From Asterias rubens (lineage: Eukaryota): a stretch of DNA of 64,000 nt. The translations under genes were made by a program, and so were the position numbers. Position 1 is the stretch's first letter. Each line of letters starts with the position of its first letter. The stretch lies in the NCBI RefSeq assembly GCF_902459465.1, contig NC_047080.1, positions 1,240,001 to 1,304,000 on the forward strand, written 5' to 3'. This document shows, piece by piece, positions 12,701 through 26,390 of this stretch. Under the pieces are notes generated by a model. That model did not search any database. It was given only the letters and a program-made list of their open reading frames with translations, and was not told the DNA's origin.

Positions 12701-15700
12701 TGTTGAGATCTTGACAAGTCACGCGGAAATTATGTTCTGAATAAACGAAATCACAAACAAGGAATATTTCCTTTAGCCTATAATAAATGTGTCATTTACA
12801 ATCCATCTAGCTTGCGATTTATTTTTATTAAGGGCACTTTTGTGAACTATTGTTTGAAGTGAACTTATCTGCTTTGTTTACAGGAGACATGTGGGGTCGC
12901 TTCTGGGGCAACATCTACAAACAAGTTGTTCCTTATCAAGACGCCCCAAATATTGACGCCACGGACTCCCTTAGGGCAAAGGTAGTGATTGTAGCATTAA
13001 TAATACCCTCTTGGGATAGGTTCCAATAAGAGTATGGTAAGACCCCAATTAAGATATATAAAATGAGCGATAAAGTCTTCACATTTTGCTGGCTGTTTAC
13101 AACGGGAAGTCATTCTATAGCTGAAGTTCGGCTTACACGCAAAAGGACAGTAAAAGGTTTTGTTTCTTTTTCTTTTTAGAATATCACTCCACTCCAGATG
13201 TTTCAAATGGGCGATGACTTCTTTGCTTCTTGCGGATTGTCGAGAGTTAATGAAAAATTCTGGATTAATTCCATGATCGAAAAGCCAACAGACGGCAGGC
13301 AAGTCGTGTGCCACCCATCAGCCTGGGATATGCAGAGTGGCGATGATTTTAGGCAAGTAACCGGGCATTTGTAATACCGGTGTTTGGTTCACCTGCAAAC
13401 TATTCGAAATGAACAATTAAAGGTCCTCGGACAAGAAATCTACAAACTCCCCGGTATTGTCCCGATGGGCTGAGTCATCATCTGACCCTAACAAGGAAAG
13501 ATGGGACTTTGACTCAAATTCGGAATTTTGACCCATTTTTGGTCCATTTCGACGGTCATTTGACACAGTGACGGGTTACACTGACCCAGTATAGGGTCAT
13601 GCCCATGGTACCCAGATGCGCGTCATTCTGACCCGAATTGTTGTAGAGTTAATAAAGGAATAAAAAGTGTCACAACACTGACCATTTATTGGCCTAGTGT
13701 AACTCTAAAAGGATAACCTTTGTAAAGGATTTTCATTGTTCTTGTTCAGTATAGGATCAAGATGTGTACAGAGGTTACAATGGAGTATTTTCAAATCATC
13801 CACCATGAGCTTGGGCACACTCAATATGGTATGCAGTATAACGATCTGCCTTTCTTGTTCCATGACGGAGCAAACGGGGCCTTCCACGAGGCCGTGGGCG
13901 AAGTGATGTCATTGTCCGTTTCCACGCCTGCGCACTTGTCCCATCCGGATATCGATCTCTTGGACGCCGCAGGGACTGATTTTGGCAAAGGTAAAGTTAT
14001 TTAAAACCAATGTGTGTTAGCACGTATATTATGTAGGCCCACTTTCCAAATCAAAGCTCTCACGAAAAAAATAAGAGTGCAGGCCGTGCAACAAAAACCC
14101 TCGCCTACGGCTCGGGCCTTTATCACACAGCCTGCCGGTTTTAAACGGCCGTTTAAGGATCGTCACTACCCTTTGATTTCCCTTATTTATTGTTTTCGGT
14201 GTTAAATTTGCATCGGGGAAAAAAACGTTTTGTTTTAGGCCCTACCCACGCGTGTTTGAATTTGTAAGGCATCCATTTCATAAATAACATTAACGAGAGA
14301 TACTTTTGTTTATGATATTAAATAAGTATTGATGTTGTCAGAATTTTAAAGTTGAAATAAAACACTACCGAAAACCTCATTTCAAAAACATTGTATAACC
14401 TTTTAGAGACGGATATCAACTTTCTACTGAAGACAGCGTTGAATACAATTGGTACCCTGCCCTTCAGCCTCGCTTTGGATCAATGGCGATGGGATGTATT
14501 CGCTGGTAACGTCACTGAGGATAAATGGATGGAAAGATGGTGGCAACTCAAGTGAGTCGAGTGTTCTGATCTTCTTGAATGTTCTTATATTTAGTAAAAT
14601 CATTCGGTCCGTAATAAAGCGATTTCCCTCGACATTGCACTGTGTGTTTGAGGAAAATAACAAAATAGGTTTTTGCTAATAAAACAGTTGCTTGCAGTGT
14701 AGGGCCTACGCACTTGTCCACCATAATACATTAACTGACATAAACTGTTGAAGTTTGGGATCGACCGGCTATCTGGGTCACAATAAAATAGTGGGGGAAA
14801 ACGATTACACATTTTTGCATAACATCGATTTACAACAAAATTAGTAAAACGCTGACAATAAAACGGGAAATTAGTTTGATTTACTTCTCATCAAATATTT
14901 CAGAATATAAAGGAATGTTTTGTTCTATCATCATCATTTACCGTGTAGGTTTTATGTAAATGTTTTGTTCTAACCAATTCTGTAATTTCCTTAAAGCCTC
15001 TTGGTTATTATGTTTCATTATCCAGGCAGGACCTTAGTGGTGTAAAGGCTCCAGTGACACGGACAGAGAATGACTTCGATCCTGGTGCAAAGTACCACTT
15101 TCTGGTCGATTACCCGTTCATTGGGTAAAACAGCAGTTAATGTTTTATTAAATAATAGTTTGGATGAAATATTGGCAGACCTCAAATCTTAAAACCCTCC
15201 CAATTTTGGCAGAGCCTTCTGACCTCCCCTAAGTTCAATCATCCAAAAGGGGTTAGGTTGGTTTGTTAAATGTCACCATTGAAGGTTTTCTTCATTCGCT
15301 TTTCTCAAACACTAACATCTGCCTAACTTATCAATACTAAGTCAGCACTACAGGAATATCTAAGGTTTGTTTCTACGATTACAGTGTGGGGGAATTTAAC
15401 GGGGTAAATGTTTCATGATTCTGTAAAACGTTTGGAACTAAAAGTGGGTGAATTTTTATGAATGTCATTTTCTTCTTTTCTTAAAAGCTATTTCATCCGT
15501 ACGATCATCCAGTTCCAGTTCCAGAAAGCGATGTGTGACGCAGCGGGACATACGGGACCTCTACATCGATGTGACTTCTACAAGTCGCAGGAGGCAGGAC
15601 AGAAACTCAAGTAAACCATCATTATTTTCCCCCACATTTTCAAATATTCTAATCATTCAGTCTTTGACCCATCCATGGAATAAAATAACTTGTATTTGGT

Positions 15701-16321
15701 TGTAATTTTGTGTTGGGTTTAAATATTTATCTTAACAATAAATGATTTTTAATAATTATTTTCAGAGCTATGCTGAGTTTGGGATCAAGCAAGCCCTGGC
15801 CAGATGCAATGGAAGCCATTACAGGTCAAAGGTTAATGACAGCAGACGCCATCAACGCCTACTTTGCGCCATTGAAGACATGGCTCGAAGAGACCAACGA
15901 GAAGAATGGAGAGAAAATTGGATGGGAGACTCAGGGTAAGTTGTCAGTCAATCCCTTTAATTTTCAAGACGTTACAATGTTTTATGCACTGCATTCACTT
16001 GTTCGTCGAATTTGTTTTTATTTTGCTAGCCATAGTAGGACGATATCTCGAGTCAAACCTGGGCTAGTGTTTTGCTATCATGTTAAAACTACCAGTGTCA
16101 AATGTTTTTAATTTGTTTTTACAACTTCAAATTGTTAAAAGCAAATGCAACCGTCCACGTGCACAGATTATTATTCAAATCGTTCGTTCAAACCGTCAAT
16201 GCTTTGTACTCTGTTGGCTTTCACAGATCCTGGTACGGATTCAGCTAATTCCGAAGCGACGATGTCGCTGTTTTTGCTGCTACTGTGTTTGGTAGTAGCT
16301 ACACGGTTCATCCGAAAATAG
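9760..16321 (+). CDS. ACE2-like: Single-domain M2 family peptidase, copy A (ACE/ACE2 family), 643 aa, signal peptide and GPI-like tail
   Basis: 13 exons: 9760-9972, 10622-10777, 11107-11200, 11715-11858, 12239-12424, 12884-12981, 13180-13352, 13755-13990, 14407-14551, 15026-15124, 15488-15610, 15766-15935, 16227-16321; phases all consistent. HELGH zinc motif plus FHEAVGE third ligand intact. Confidence 0.93.
10253..10400. mobile_element. Harbinger-like MITE with CAG target-site duplication
   Basis: TIR gggtggatttcacaaaggtagt...actacctttgtgaaatccaccc; CAG at 10250-10252 and 10401-10403; second copy at 20427. Confidence 0.8.
11259..11636. mobile_element. Kolobok-like MITE (TTAA TSD), copy 1
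   Basis: TTAA|aggcagtggacac...gtgtccactgcct|TTAA; near-identical copies at 27376, 54066 and 60414. Confidence 0.85.
13400..13650. repeat. Dispersed gaccc/gggtc-rich non-autonomous element family
   Basis: Repeated tgaccc/gggtca motifs; similar blocks at about 31020-31410, 34990-35150 and 46090-46290. Boundaries approximate. Confidence 0.45.
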
Positions 16322-17288
16322 TTGGTATACACTCAATGGAAATATCGGGGTCGGTCCTTAGATTTAACATAAGTCATAGAGGTACTCTGATCAAATCTCC
16401 GATGTTTACCGAAACAAGTTCGGTGAGCCAGCAAGCACTCTTCCATTTAAATGTAAGAACTTATATGAAGTCTTAAATTTACAAACAATTATTAAACTTG
16501 AAGGAGACATAATGGTTTGAACAAAGAGAACATGATTAGTAAAGGAAACATGGTACTGATATTAAAGGTGAATGTATTTTATTCAAAATTAAGAAGAGAA
16601 GTACTTATAGTTTTAAACTGTTCACTGTCCAATACGATCAGCACACTCTATTCGACTTGGGAAAAAAAGCGATCCTGATTCAAAAGCTTAGATTCATCTT
16701 AACCTGTGTACCAATCCTAATTGCTGAGCAAAGTGTGACATGACAATAGAAATAACTTTGTGGTGATATTGTCAACCCAACAAAACAATCTTATTTTGTT
16801 TCCCATTTTCTGACGCTTTTTTGTTTATTCTCGAAATAATTTGTTTCTCTTATGAGGTTTGAAGCTTGGTTCGAATGTGTTTTAAAAAGATATAATGTGA
16901 TAAAACGATAGATCTTCAAGGACTTGCCTGTAGCAAGTCCAATCCAGTTTGAGCTGCCCTAATTACCACTGAATATAACTGTGTTATTCACTAGACATCT
17001 TTAAGTTACCTTTAAGTTTAAACTGAACATAACGGATTATACAATGATTTTCTGCGATGCTTTGAATTGCATTGTAAAATATTTTAGTTACGCATGTGAT
17101 GGCTGAATTCCGCAAACCATGTCCTTTTGTAATAATTGATTTGAAAACAGTTGCACAAATAAGTTTAGTTAGTAACAAGTTTCCCCCCAGAGAAAATTTT
17201 AAATATGACATCACGTATCCATGGCAACAGATTTTGAAATGTCCATATCACCTGTTGATGAACCTGTACAGGTAGCGCCCTCTATAGG

Positions 17289-20200
17289 TCACCTTTTGCC
17301 AGATGATATGATCTCGCCAATTCTACCCAGAATGCTGGCAAGGAGGTCAAATGTGTACTTGGCAGACTGGAGGACCTAAGAAAAAAGTTAAACTAAATTA
17401 TTACTTGAGAAAATAAAGTTAGCTGTAGCAAACTGCTTATCAACCAAAATGACCTACGGTACAAAAGCAAACAATATAACTTATAAGTGCAATGGGTTCT
17501 TTTGTATCATGAGAACAACTGAAATAATAGTTCCCAGGTTTAAATTGTGGAAACACTCTTTTGTTTTGTAAACCGTAAGACGATACACAGGAAACTTTAG
17601 AGTGTACGCCAAGTAAGTTAAATGCTTACCTTGTATTGCTCTGCAGGGGGCATCTGAGGTAGATCCTGACCTCCAACATTTAGTTTCACCGTCATCTGTT
17701 TTTTCTCTGATACAGCTGTAATCAGAAACACATTTGTTGATCAGGAATGCTATATGAAACCTAGTTAGGGTTAGGGTAGGTCCAAACAATTGAACACAAA
17801 CTAGACTTGTTCAGTCTAATGAGAGCCTACCTTGTCGTACTTCTGCCTGAGTTGCTTTCATCTTAAGATCATAATGAGCCTTGGACATATCTAGGCATGT
17901 ATGAAGAGGTTGGAGGTAGGTGGTCTGTAGCCAGTCTACCCGGGACCAGATTCCAGTTGCATTCTTATCTGGTGTGTCTCGTAGAAACAAGTAGCGAAGG
18001 AAATTCAAGGCACCCATATGCCTACAAACAAATCAGAAGGAAACATTTTTATCTGAAGAATTCGCATGTCATTAATTGAAAGCAACCTTTCTGAATCCAT
18101 CGAAATTGTATTTGTGATATTGAACTCAAAAGATGAAACAAAATACACTATGAGTTATTTTAGAAGAGCAGCCATTTTGATTTATTAAACTTTAACCATG
18201 TCTTATATATTGGCATCAGCAGTGGCTTTGGCTAGAACATGTAGTAATACAGTAAACTCCTATTCTTCATTGTAGTCATTACAGCCAAAATACGTAGCCG
18301 CAGCCATTGTCATTTGAAGTAGTACAACTCCATTAAATTAAATAATCTGTTTGAGGAAATCCTGTGAATTTGAATGTCTTTACTGGCTGAATATAATCCC
18401 GGTTTTCAAATAATGAAAACAATATAAAAGTATTGTGTACTTACTTGTCTGCTTCATGCAGTAAATCCGACTGGATTCCTTCGTCCAACTTGAAGATGAT
18501 TGTGAACAATTTATGAATGTGGCATCCACCAAACCATTCATTGCTCGATTCACTCTGAAATGAAACCATGTTACTGTTACTCACAACTGCAAGATGGACC
18601 ACAATTATGTACAATAATTTTCAAAGATGTGCCATCTTATACGGTGAGGTTTGCGGTAACACCATGTAAGTACTATCTCTAAATGAGTTGGGGCGGTTCT
18701 AAAAAGAACCGTTGGTTTTAACTTGATGTTTCAATCAGTATGCTCTGATTGTCTTCTGGAGAAAACAAAATAATTAACAAATAAATTTATCCAACCAAAA
18801 GTATCAAAAATGAGGCTGGGAGGAAAAAAATAGTCTGGTCCCTTTGTAGGAAATGGTTATCAACCATCTTGATCATATTGTGTACTAGAAACCGGACTGG
18901 AATTATGTAGTTTACATTTTCTGATTATTGATTGCTGTACAAGAGAATGAACGTATGTATGTATGAATGATGTCCATTCATTTTAGCAGCTCATATTTGT
19001 ATAAAATAAATTTCTATAAGTCAAGAGGATTCCAAGTACTGACTTCCAGTAATTATTTGTACCTGCAATGAGCAGTGGACATAATCTTTGATTTTCCCGA
19101 TGAGCATTCCTCGTACACCTGAATGTTCGGAGCTTAGTAGGAGGGATCGTAGTATGTGGTAACGACCTTTCCAATTAAAACAATCTATGTAGGAAGGCAG
19201 GATGGAGACAGCTTTTCTTCTCTGATGAAAAAAAAGATGACGGGTAAGAATGAGTTGTTAAAATAGAATTGTTAAATCTCTGACAAAACTTTGCATTTTT
19301 CTTCTGCAAATAGATATTTGACATTAACCAATTTCCCCAACATTATTTAATATTATTTTGAGATAAAGATTTATAGTGATCATATGTATTTTGTTTGAGT
19401 AATAAACAGAAACAAAAGTTGCAAAATAACCTTCTAGGTTATACTGAGCCAACTTCTCATTTCACGATGGATGACTAGAACAACATTTTGTCGTCTAGTT
19501 ACTGAATCACAATTTATTTATTTGTGTTCAATTTATAATCATAGATGTTAAATCAATGTTTGTAAATAAGAGATTGGCTCTTGCTATCTTGGTATTTATA
19601 TCCCCTTGTGTGAGCTTTGCCAAGTTCCCTCGTCGAAAGATTATAAAAACAAGCAAACAAACAAACACTGTCTGATGAAACACCTGTTGTTTAAACACCT
19701 GTAAATACTTACAATTGACTTTGAAGGGCACATGACCATGATTTGTACTAAACACTGTGGGACAAGTAGCAAGTTCTGCCTTGTGTCAATGAGGCTGGAA
19801 TCCAGTGATTGATCATCTAGACTCTTCACCAGCGACGAAAGAAGCTCCTACACCAAAATAAATTTGTAAGTTTGTAAATGTTGCATACTAAGAAAATAAT
19901 ACTTGTCAAGACTCATAACTCGGCTAAACATCAACATTGATATCTCTGAAACAACTTTGAAGTTGAACTTGGTTTGCAGATGGACAAAATTGACCTAGGT
20001 TTTTCTCCCACATCTAAAGCTGAAACTTCCTTCCTTGTCTTCCCTCCAATGGCTTCTTAGCTAGTATAGTGAATAAGTTTGCTTTTTTGAGAATCCTTGA
20101 CTTCAATGAAATGAAAGATTTATCAGACAGTAAATACTTACAAGGCCCTTAAAGATAATAGATTCCTCCGGTCGTCTCAGCATTCCCTCAACATATGGCA

Positions 20201-23200
20201 TTATCATCTCCAGCATATAGACTGCACTGCAGAGAAACAACATAGAATTCATCGATCAACAGTTCACAGAATGTGAATATGAGGGCACAGAAAAAGATCA
20301 ACAACTGCAGAATTTTGAAATTAGGATTTGAAACTTTGCATAGTGGAAGTATATCTAAGAGATGTTTGCAGTAACACCATGTGAAGTCGTGTTTGTTCTG
20401 AAAAGAACCGGTGGTTAACGACCCAGGGGTGGATTTCACAAAGGTAGTCCTAATTTAGGACTAGTCCTAGGCAATGCTAAGAGATGGGACTGGTCCTAAG
20501 TTAGGACCAGTCCACAAAGGTAGTCCTAACTTAGGACTAGTCCTAGGCAATGCTAAGAGATAGGACTGGTCCTAAGTTAGGACCAGTAACTCATCCTAAC
20601 TTAGGACAGTCCAATCTCTTAGCATTGCCTAGGACTAGTCCTAAGTTAGGACTACCTTTGTGAAATCCACCCCTGGATATGCAAACCACCACTTCTTTTC
20701 AGAACCAACACTACTCAAAAAGAGATATCCACATGGTGTTACTTCAAACCTCCTTCATTTTTAAAAGTTATTAGAGTAGATTGATTTCATACCTGTATAT
20801 ACTTGGCATACGGTTTGTCTCATATCCCTCTACTAGGAGCATATAAGCAAAGCAGCCAAGACCAAGAACAGGGAGGGTCTTAACTTCATCCTCCTCCTCC
20901 TCCCCATCATCCTGATCATCTTGCTTTTTCTTCTTTGCTTTTCTTAGATGCTGCTCTTCTAATGTGTCTAGATTCAGAGCATGTTGGTTGGCGTATAGAA
21001 GCAGGCTCATGAAACTGCATCCCATGGAATCTAAAAAGAACTGTTCAACATTGATTGCTATTTGAGAAGTTTCCATCCATGCTATCTTTCTACTCATACA
21101 CAAGGTCGGTGTACACATTCTTAGTGAATATCCTTAAGTCAGAATATCATAAGAGGTTATTGACCAGTGTCCAGTTTGATAGAGTTGTTTAAGCAAAAAC
21201 TATACCGCTTAAACCATTTCTGCTAAACAAAAGATTGCCCATGTCCGAGCTATGGCTACTGCTTGTATACACGAGCAGTATAAATTGTATATTATATACA
21301 TTGTGCAATGTTGTTACCCTCAGCTTTACAAAGTAGGCAATGATTTTCCCCTTTGTTCCAAGTAACTCACCATACACTGTTCAGCAGAGGTCTTGCTTAT
21401 TGAGTGCTCCTCATTTCTGAGCGCAAGTCTTTCTCGAGCTTCTTCATCCATTCCTTCCAATTCATTCATTTCCTCTTTCTCATCTTCATCTGCATCATCA
21501 CTGTACTTGAACTCCATCTCAACGAGAGGATGCTCGAGAAGATTCAACACACTGTCAACAAAAATTATCCTTTGAAATGTTTTTTTTTCCAACACATGCA
21601 CAAAGAACGCGATGGTCTGCTGACTCATTCAGAAAGAAGATACCCAATTGTTTCGTACTATAGGAACATCTCCTGCAAGTTTTACGGAAACACAATCTTG
21701 GGGTCAACAAGTGTTTATAGACTGATCGACCACAGTGAGAGAATATTTCACAAGAAATTTGAAAAGCCAGCTTTTAATAGAATATTTGTTTAAATTGTAC
21801 ACTCACAATTTCATTATCTCTGTTCTTGTGCCTTCAATTTCAGTAATTTCCTGAAAAGAAAAAAAACAGTTTTTTAGAAAATATATAAATTGGCAAACAC
21901 AACATTAACACACTCAAAAGCTTTTTGTCTAAAGTCAGCTCCAAGGTCTTTACAGCTGTTTTCCTGAGGGTCTGCTTCTGATCTTACTTTGGCCTTCCCT
22001 AGGATCAACCCTTGGGTCTGCCAAGGGGTTTGTTGAGGATTCTGACAAGCCATTCTCACCTTTAAAGTGTACCTTTCAATTTCCTTCTTGTCAAACACCT
22101 GCTGAACATCCCAAACTATTGGCATAAGGAACTCCAACAGCCCCACCAAGGTTGTCTCAACCTTTGAGAAGTCTGGATCTTGGCTTAGTAGTCTCCTCTC
22201 CATTACACCCATTCCATTGACGCTGGGTACCTTCAGGACCTCCATATGGGTATACAGGGTGGATAGTAACTGTTTGTAGTACAGAGGTTTGGACAGGCCC
22301 AGACGTCTCATTACTTCAAAAGTGAAAATACAAAACTTGTTGTTCAATTATTTTAGAGTGACTACTTCAATCAACTCAACAAGAATTTTTAAATTTTGCC
22401 TTCTTTAACAATGGAAAAGCACTGACAATACAAACTGTCTGAAAAGATTTACAAATAAACTTACTGCAACATTCACTTTTGCAAATTATTACTTACAATT
22501 CAATATAATATTCACTCTTTTAACCCTCCAATTGTTTGACTGTTAAATACCATCCACTATAGTTCTTTAAAATAGATAATTTATTAAATCAATTGATGAA
22601 TGTATCTACACAGTTTACACAGTAAATTCTGTACACAATTGTGCCTACATGCACAGCCTGTAGAGTTGAATGGTTTAACCACTTCCTCCATGGTTTAACA
22701 GTGGAGGAGCTATTCAGATTCTGAACTAAGAACACTGAGCTATGCAGAATTGAAATTCAAAAGCTCCAAACACAGCCAGCCTTGTAACAACTGCTATTGC
22801 CATTGTGATGGTACGGTTATCTTTTAGTCAGTTTGCTGGGCTTAAAAGGAGTGTTGAGTAAGTTACCTGTCTGCAATGGTCTCAAGAAATCAACAACAGT
22901 GTCTAGGAATCGATTCACCTGTTCCAACAATCCAATGAACATCTCTTTGGGACTACCAAGCTGTACGGGGGAAAATAAATCAAAACAAATAACAACTTTG
23001 AATGTCATTTGGAGAAGCAAAGTCGTTACATTGTATAGAACCGAAACTCACACAGTTTCAGCAGTTTCTGCGAAGGGCAGGTACAGCCTAAAGTTGTTTA
23101 AGTCCTTGCTCACCCTTTCTTATTCATCCAAACAACTAGTGAACAAGAAACTCACAGAAATTCATGTCAAAATTTAGGCTTCCAAAACAATATGATTCGC

Positions 23201-25101
23201 ACTTGTATAAGTCAATTTCCATCAGCAATACCCTAAGCTGCAGGGCTAACATAATCACAGGAGTTAAAAGATTCACAACAATGTGAGACTTTTAGCACGC
23301 TTGGTGGCAGCAGACTTACCAGGTAACATCCATTGTTCTCGGTCATTTGCGCGCGCTCAGAACTACGCAAACAATAGACATTTACCTGGTAAGTTTGCTG
23401 CCACCTGGTGTCCCAAAGTCTCCCATTATGACTTGCTGGACATCTTATGATTTACAATACCTCTGCAAGACGGGTGATTATCTCAATGCAGTTTCTATAC
23501 ATCTCATCATTCTGTTCTTTCTCAGATAGATGAGGACAAACAAGAGGTAGAAGATCCCATGCTATGTACTCCACCAAACCCTGAAGATCAAGGAATCATT
23601 GAAAACAAAAGTACAACAAGATTTATGATTTAATCTATGTTCAATTTGCATCGGGGTTAAAGAATAGTCATTTGGGTTTTTATCCATTATGCACTGTTGT
23701 GTTTTAGCACTGTATACTCAGTTCTTACACGAGTTCTGTGGAAAAAAATTAATGATGCATCGAGATAAAGAGTTTTATTGTTTATTAATTAAGCGCTGTA
23801 CACTCAGTACTTTCCTGAGTTCTGTGAAAAAAATCCACAGGCATATCACTTGGGCCCCTGGTTGGGGACTCAAACCACGACCTACATGTATGTCAGGCTG
23901 GAGCAGATGTCTTACCTAGTATTCAAACTGCCTCTAGCCACCAAGCCAGCTCAAGTCTAGCTGTAAGGACATCTGAGACATGGCAGCCATATGCCTGTGA
24001 ATATTTTTCACAGGACGCAGGGAAAGTACCAAGTATACAGTGGTACATGCAGTGAAGGTCAAAACTCAAAATAGGAAGATATAGGAGCCAAGTATAAACA
24101 AATTACTTTCTTACAAATACATAGTGTACTGACCTTAAATTCTTCATCACAGATGATATCCTTGAGTTTATGAGAATTTCCTTGATCCATACACTCCTTG
24201 ACGGACGATAAGACGATGAATGTGTCTTCATGGCGGCTTTTCAATGACTGCACAGACAACCCTCTCTAGAAAGTGACAAAAAACAAAACATCATTTTTAC
24301 TCCATGTGGAATTGTTATAAAAACATGGGCTCCATGGGTGCAACATTCCTTTCAACAGAACAAAACCCAAAACTAAGAAGTAAGATAATAATCTTCTTAC
24401 AATACTTTTATGTTTAAATTGTTTCAGTTTCTTAAACTAATAAATATCCTCTAGAGTCCAAGAGTTGTCTACAAAAAACAAGGATGCTAAAAGAAATCAA
24501 AATAAAACTCTTCTTAATTTTTTTAGTAAAACTTTACTTTCTTTTCTTTTACTAAAAAAAAAGTATATATACATGTATAGGGCCTAACTGATGTATGCCG
24601 ATTTATTAATGTTCTTATCTAATAGTGTCTGAGTCTGACTGCTAAATCAAACTGAAACTGTTATTTTTTAAAGCAAAGTTTTACTTTCTTTTCTTTACTA
24701 AAATCTAAATTCTAAAAAAGTATTATAATAGTTATACTGTATCTGCCGATTTATATTAATGTTCTCATCTTGTGTCTGACTGCTATGTATTGTTATTAAT
24801 GTCTATAAAAAGCTAGTAGTACTAACACAACAGCACAGTTTGATGATTATAAATATAATGCATGTTCTTTGGTGGATTCTGTGTATGTATGATTATGAAT
24901 CAAAATGTATTCGTCCGTCCGGAATCTGGGCAACATGTCTATTTTAGTGCTATACACAATGAGATGAGAGCGATGGTTACAACTTGAATAACTCTACATC
25001 ACCTGATAAATTATGCCACTTTGTAATAGAAAATACCAAACAGCGATCCGTTAAATAACGTCAAAATAACTTACGAAACCTTCGACGGAATTCGTCAACA
25101 T
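17289..25101 (-). CDS. GLMN: Glomulin (FKBP-associated protein, RBX1 inhibitor), about 650 aa
   Basis: 15 exons (plus-strand coordinates): 25075-25101, 24134-24265, 23461-23580, 22867-22960, 22060-22313, 21807-21850, 21371-21551, 20793-21040, 20142-20226, 19713-19847, 19063-19221, 18445-18554, 17831-18021, 17630-17715, 17289-17375. Motifs LGSPKEMFIGLLE, PEESIIFKGL, EHSGVRG, MGALNFLRYL, LDMSKAHY and YTFDLLASILGRI match vertebrate glomulin. Confidence 0.92.
20427..20672. mobile_element. Harbinger-like MITE, same family as 10253, with a 76-bp internal tandem duplication
   Basis: Same TIR; flanks CAG and CTG; unit starting cacaaaggtagtcc occurs at 20437 and 20513. Confidence 0.8.
23303..23405. 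mobile_element. Short palindromic MITE in a GLMN intron
   Basis: ggtggcagcagacttaccaggtaa...ttacctggtaagtttgctgccacc inverted repeat. Confidence 0.7.
23820..23950 (-). mobile_element. tRNA-derived SINE remnant
   Basis: Reverse strand reads ggcttggtggctagagg...ggtcgtggtttgagtcccc (A-box and B-box like). Confidence 0.45.
24525..24790. repeat. Degenerate tandem duplication (about 145-bp period) in GLMN intron 1
   Basis: ttttactttcttttctttactaaaa...tgccgattta(ta)ttaatgttct...tctgactgcta occurs twice. Confidence 0.6.
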
Positions 25102-25598
25102 GTTGACAATCGCAGTTGTACCGAATTAAGTCAATTGAGGGCGCCCTTCTCGGATTTTGAGGCTGGAGCAAGCTCGAGCTGTCACGAGCTAGCTGAGCGC
25201 GTCGGGGGGGTGACCCCGCCCACCTCCCTGAAACCATGGAGCAATAGTTTATTGCTCCATGCTGAAACCATAGTATGGCCTAACATTTAGTTATGATCCT
25301 GAGGAAACCGAACAGCCTTTATATTTGCAGAACTATCCATGTGACAGGGAGTTCAGCCACAAGGCCTACTAAAACATGCTAAAACTAAATCATGAGCTGC
25401 AATAATTACCACCTCATCTTCCTAGATGGTGATGAGGCGTAGCCAACATGAAGATGAAGCAGACGGGCGCCAGCATGAATTTTTCTAGACTTGTGATCCT
25501 TCCAGCAATTACACTGAGTGATACCTACCACTGTAATTTGGGGGGGGGGGGGGCTGCGAAATTGAAGCCATCATCAGGCAAAACAGTCACGTGTTCAA

Positions 25599-25900
25599 GT
25601 GGTTAGACTGCAGAACTTGCAATCACAAGAATGTGGGTTCGAATCCCCCAGCTAATCGCTGATTTCACAATGACTAGAATAATATATTGTCGTCTAGTTA
25701 CTGAAACACAATTTCTTGATTTGTGCACTTCATAATCATAGACGTTAAACCAATAATAGTATGAGAGAGATTGGCTGTTGTCAACTTGGTGTTTATATCC
25801 CCTTGTGGGAGTTTGCCGAGTTCCCTTGATGGGAAGATCATCTATTACACACCAAAACCAACTGAAACCCAATACTTTTACCCTCCGCTGTGTCACAGTT
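25599..25900 (+). mobile_element. tRNA-derived SINE
   Basis: gtggttagactgc...gggttcgaatcccc head; body gatgactag...gtcgtctagttactgaa also present at about 19470-19620. Confidence 0.55.
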
Positions 25901-26088
25901 ACTTTTTGACCTCACACCAAGTCTGCTTTTCATTAAAAGCTTTGGGACCAGATGATCATTATTAAAAAATTACTGGTGTGGAAAATTTAATTATGGCACC
26001 ATTGAGATACGAAAGACGAATGTGTGTGCGCAGGCTCTTATGACAGCAATAAACTTGTGTAAAGTTCAGGTGGTTGTTATGTAGCCTG

Positions 26089-26229
26089 TAGACTTGTGGA
26101 CATGTCGTTTAATGTTCGTGCAGCAGCAGTAGACCAGTACGGGACCAGAAGTCTTGCGAGCACGGTTTCGGGTTACAGGAGGAGCTGTTTACACTGCGAT
26201 AAACATTTAACGACATGTTCACAAGTCTA
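26089..26229. mobile_element. MITE with tagacttgtggaca TIR (related copy at 28248-28494)
   Basis: tagacttgtggacatgtcgtttaatg...catttaacgacatgttcacaagtcta. Confidence 0.65.
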
Positions 26230-26390
26230 GGTCTGTGTCAATTGAACAGAAAACGACTATACCAGATACCCGCATGATCATGAGCACTATGCAAATAAAC
26301 ACATTGTCGGACAAAGTCACAACCTAACCCAACATCTGGCAGCTTCGATTTTAGGAGTCGGGGAAGGTTCCATACTCGGGAGCCAACAAG

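Noticed and set aside
20437-20640. Regular short repeats superficially like a CRISPR array
   Set aside because: No unique spacers; these are internal palindromes of a MITE in a eukaryotic intron.
21874-22059. Open-frame continuation of a GLMN exon (VRMACQNPQQ...)
   Set aside because: A good donor at 22059 and the downstream 44-nt exon give a better match to vertebrate glomulin; treated as intron read-through.
25599-25660. tRNA-like sequence (also about 2330-2380 and 23860-23950)
   Set aside because: A- and B-box remnants without a full cloverleaf, attached to repeat bodies: SINE heads rather than tRNA genes.
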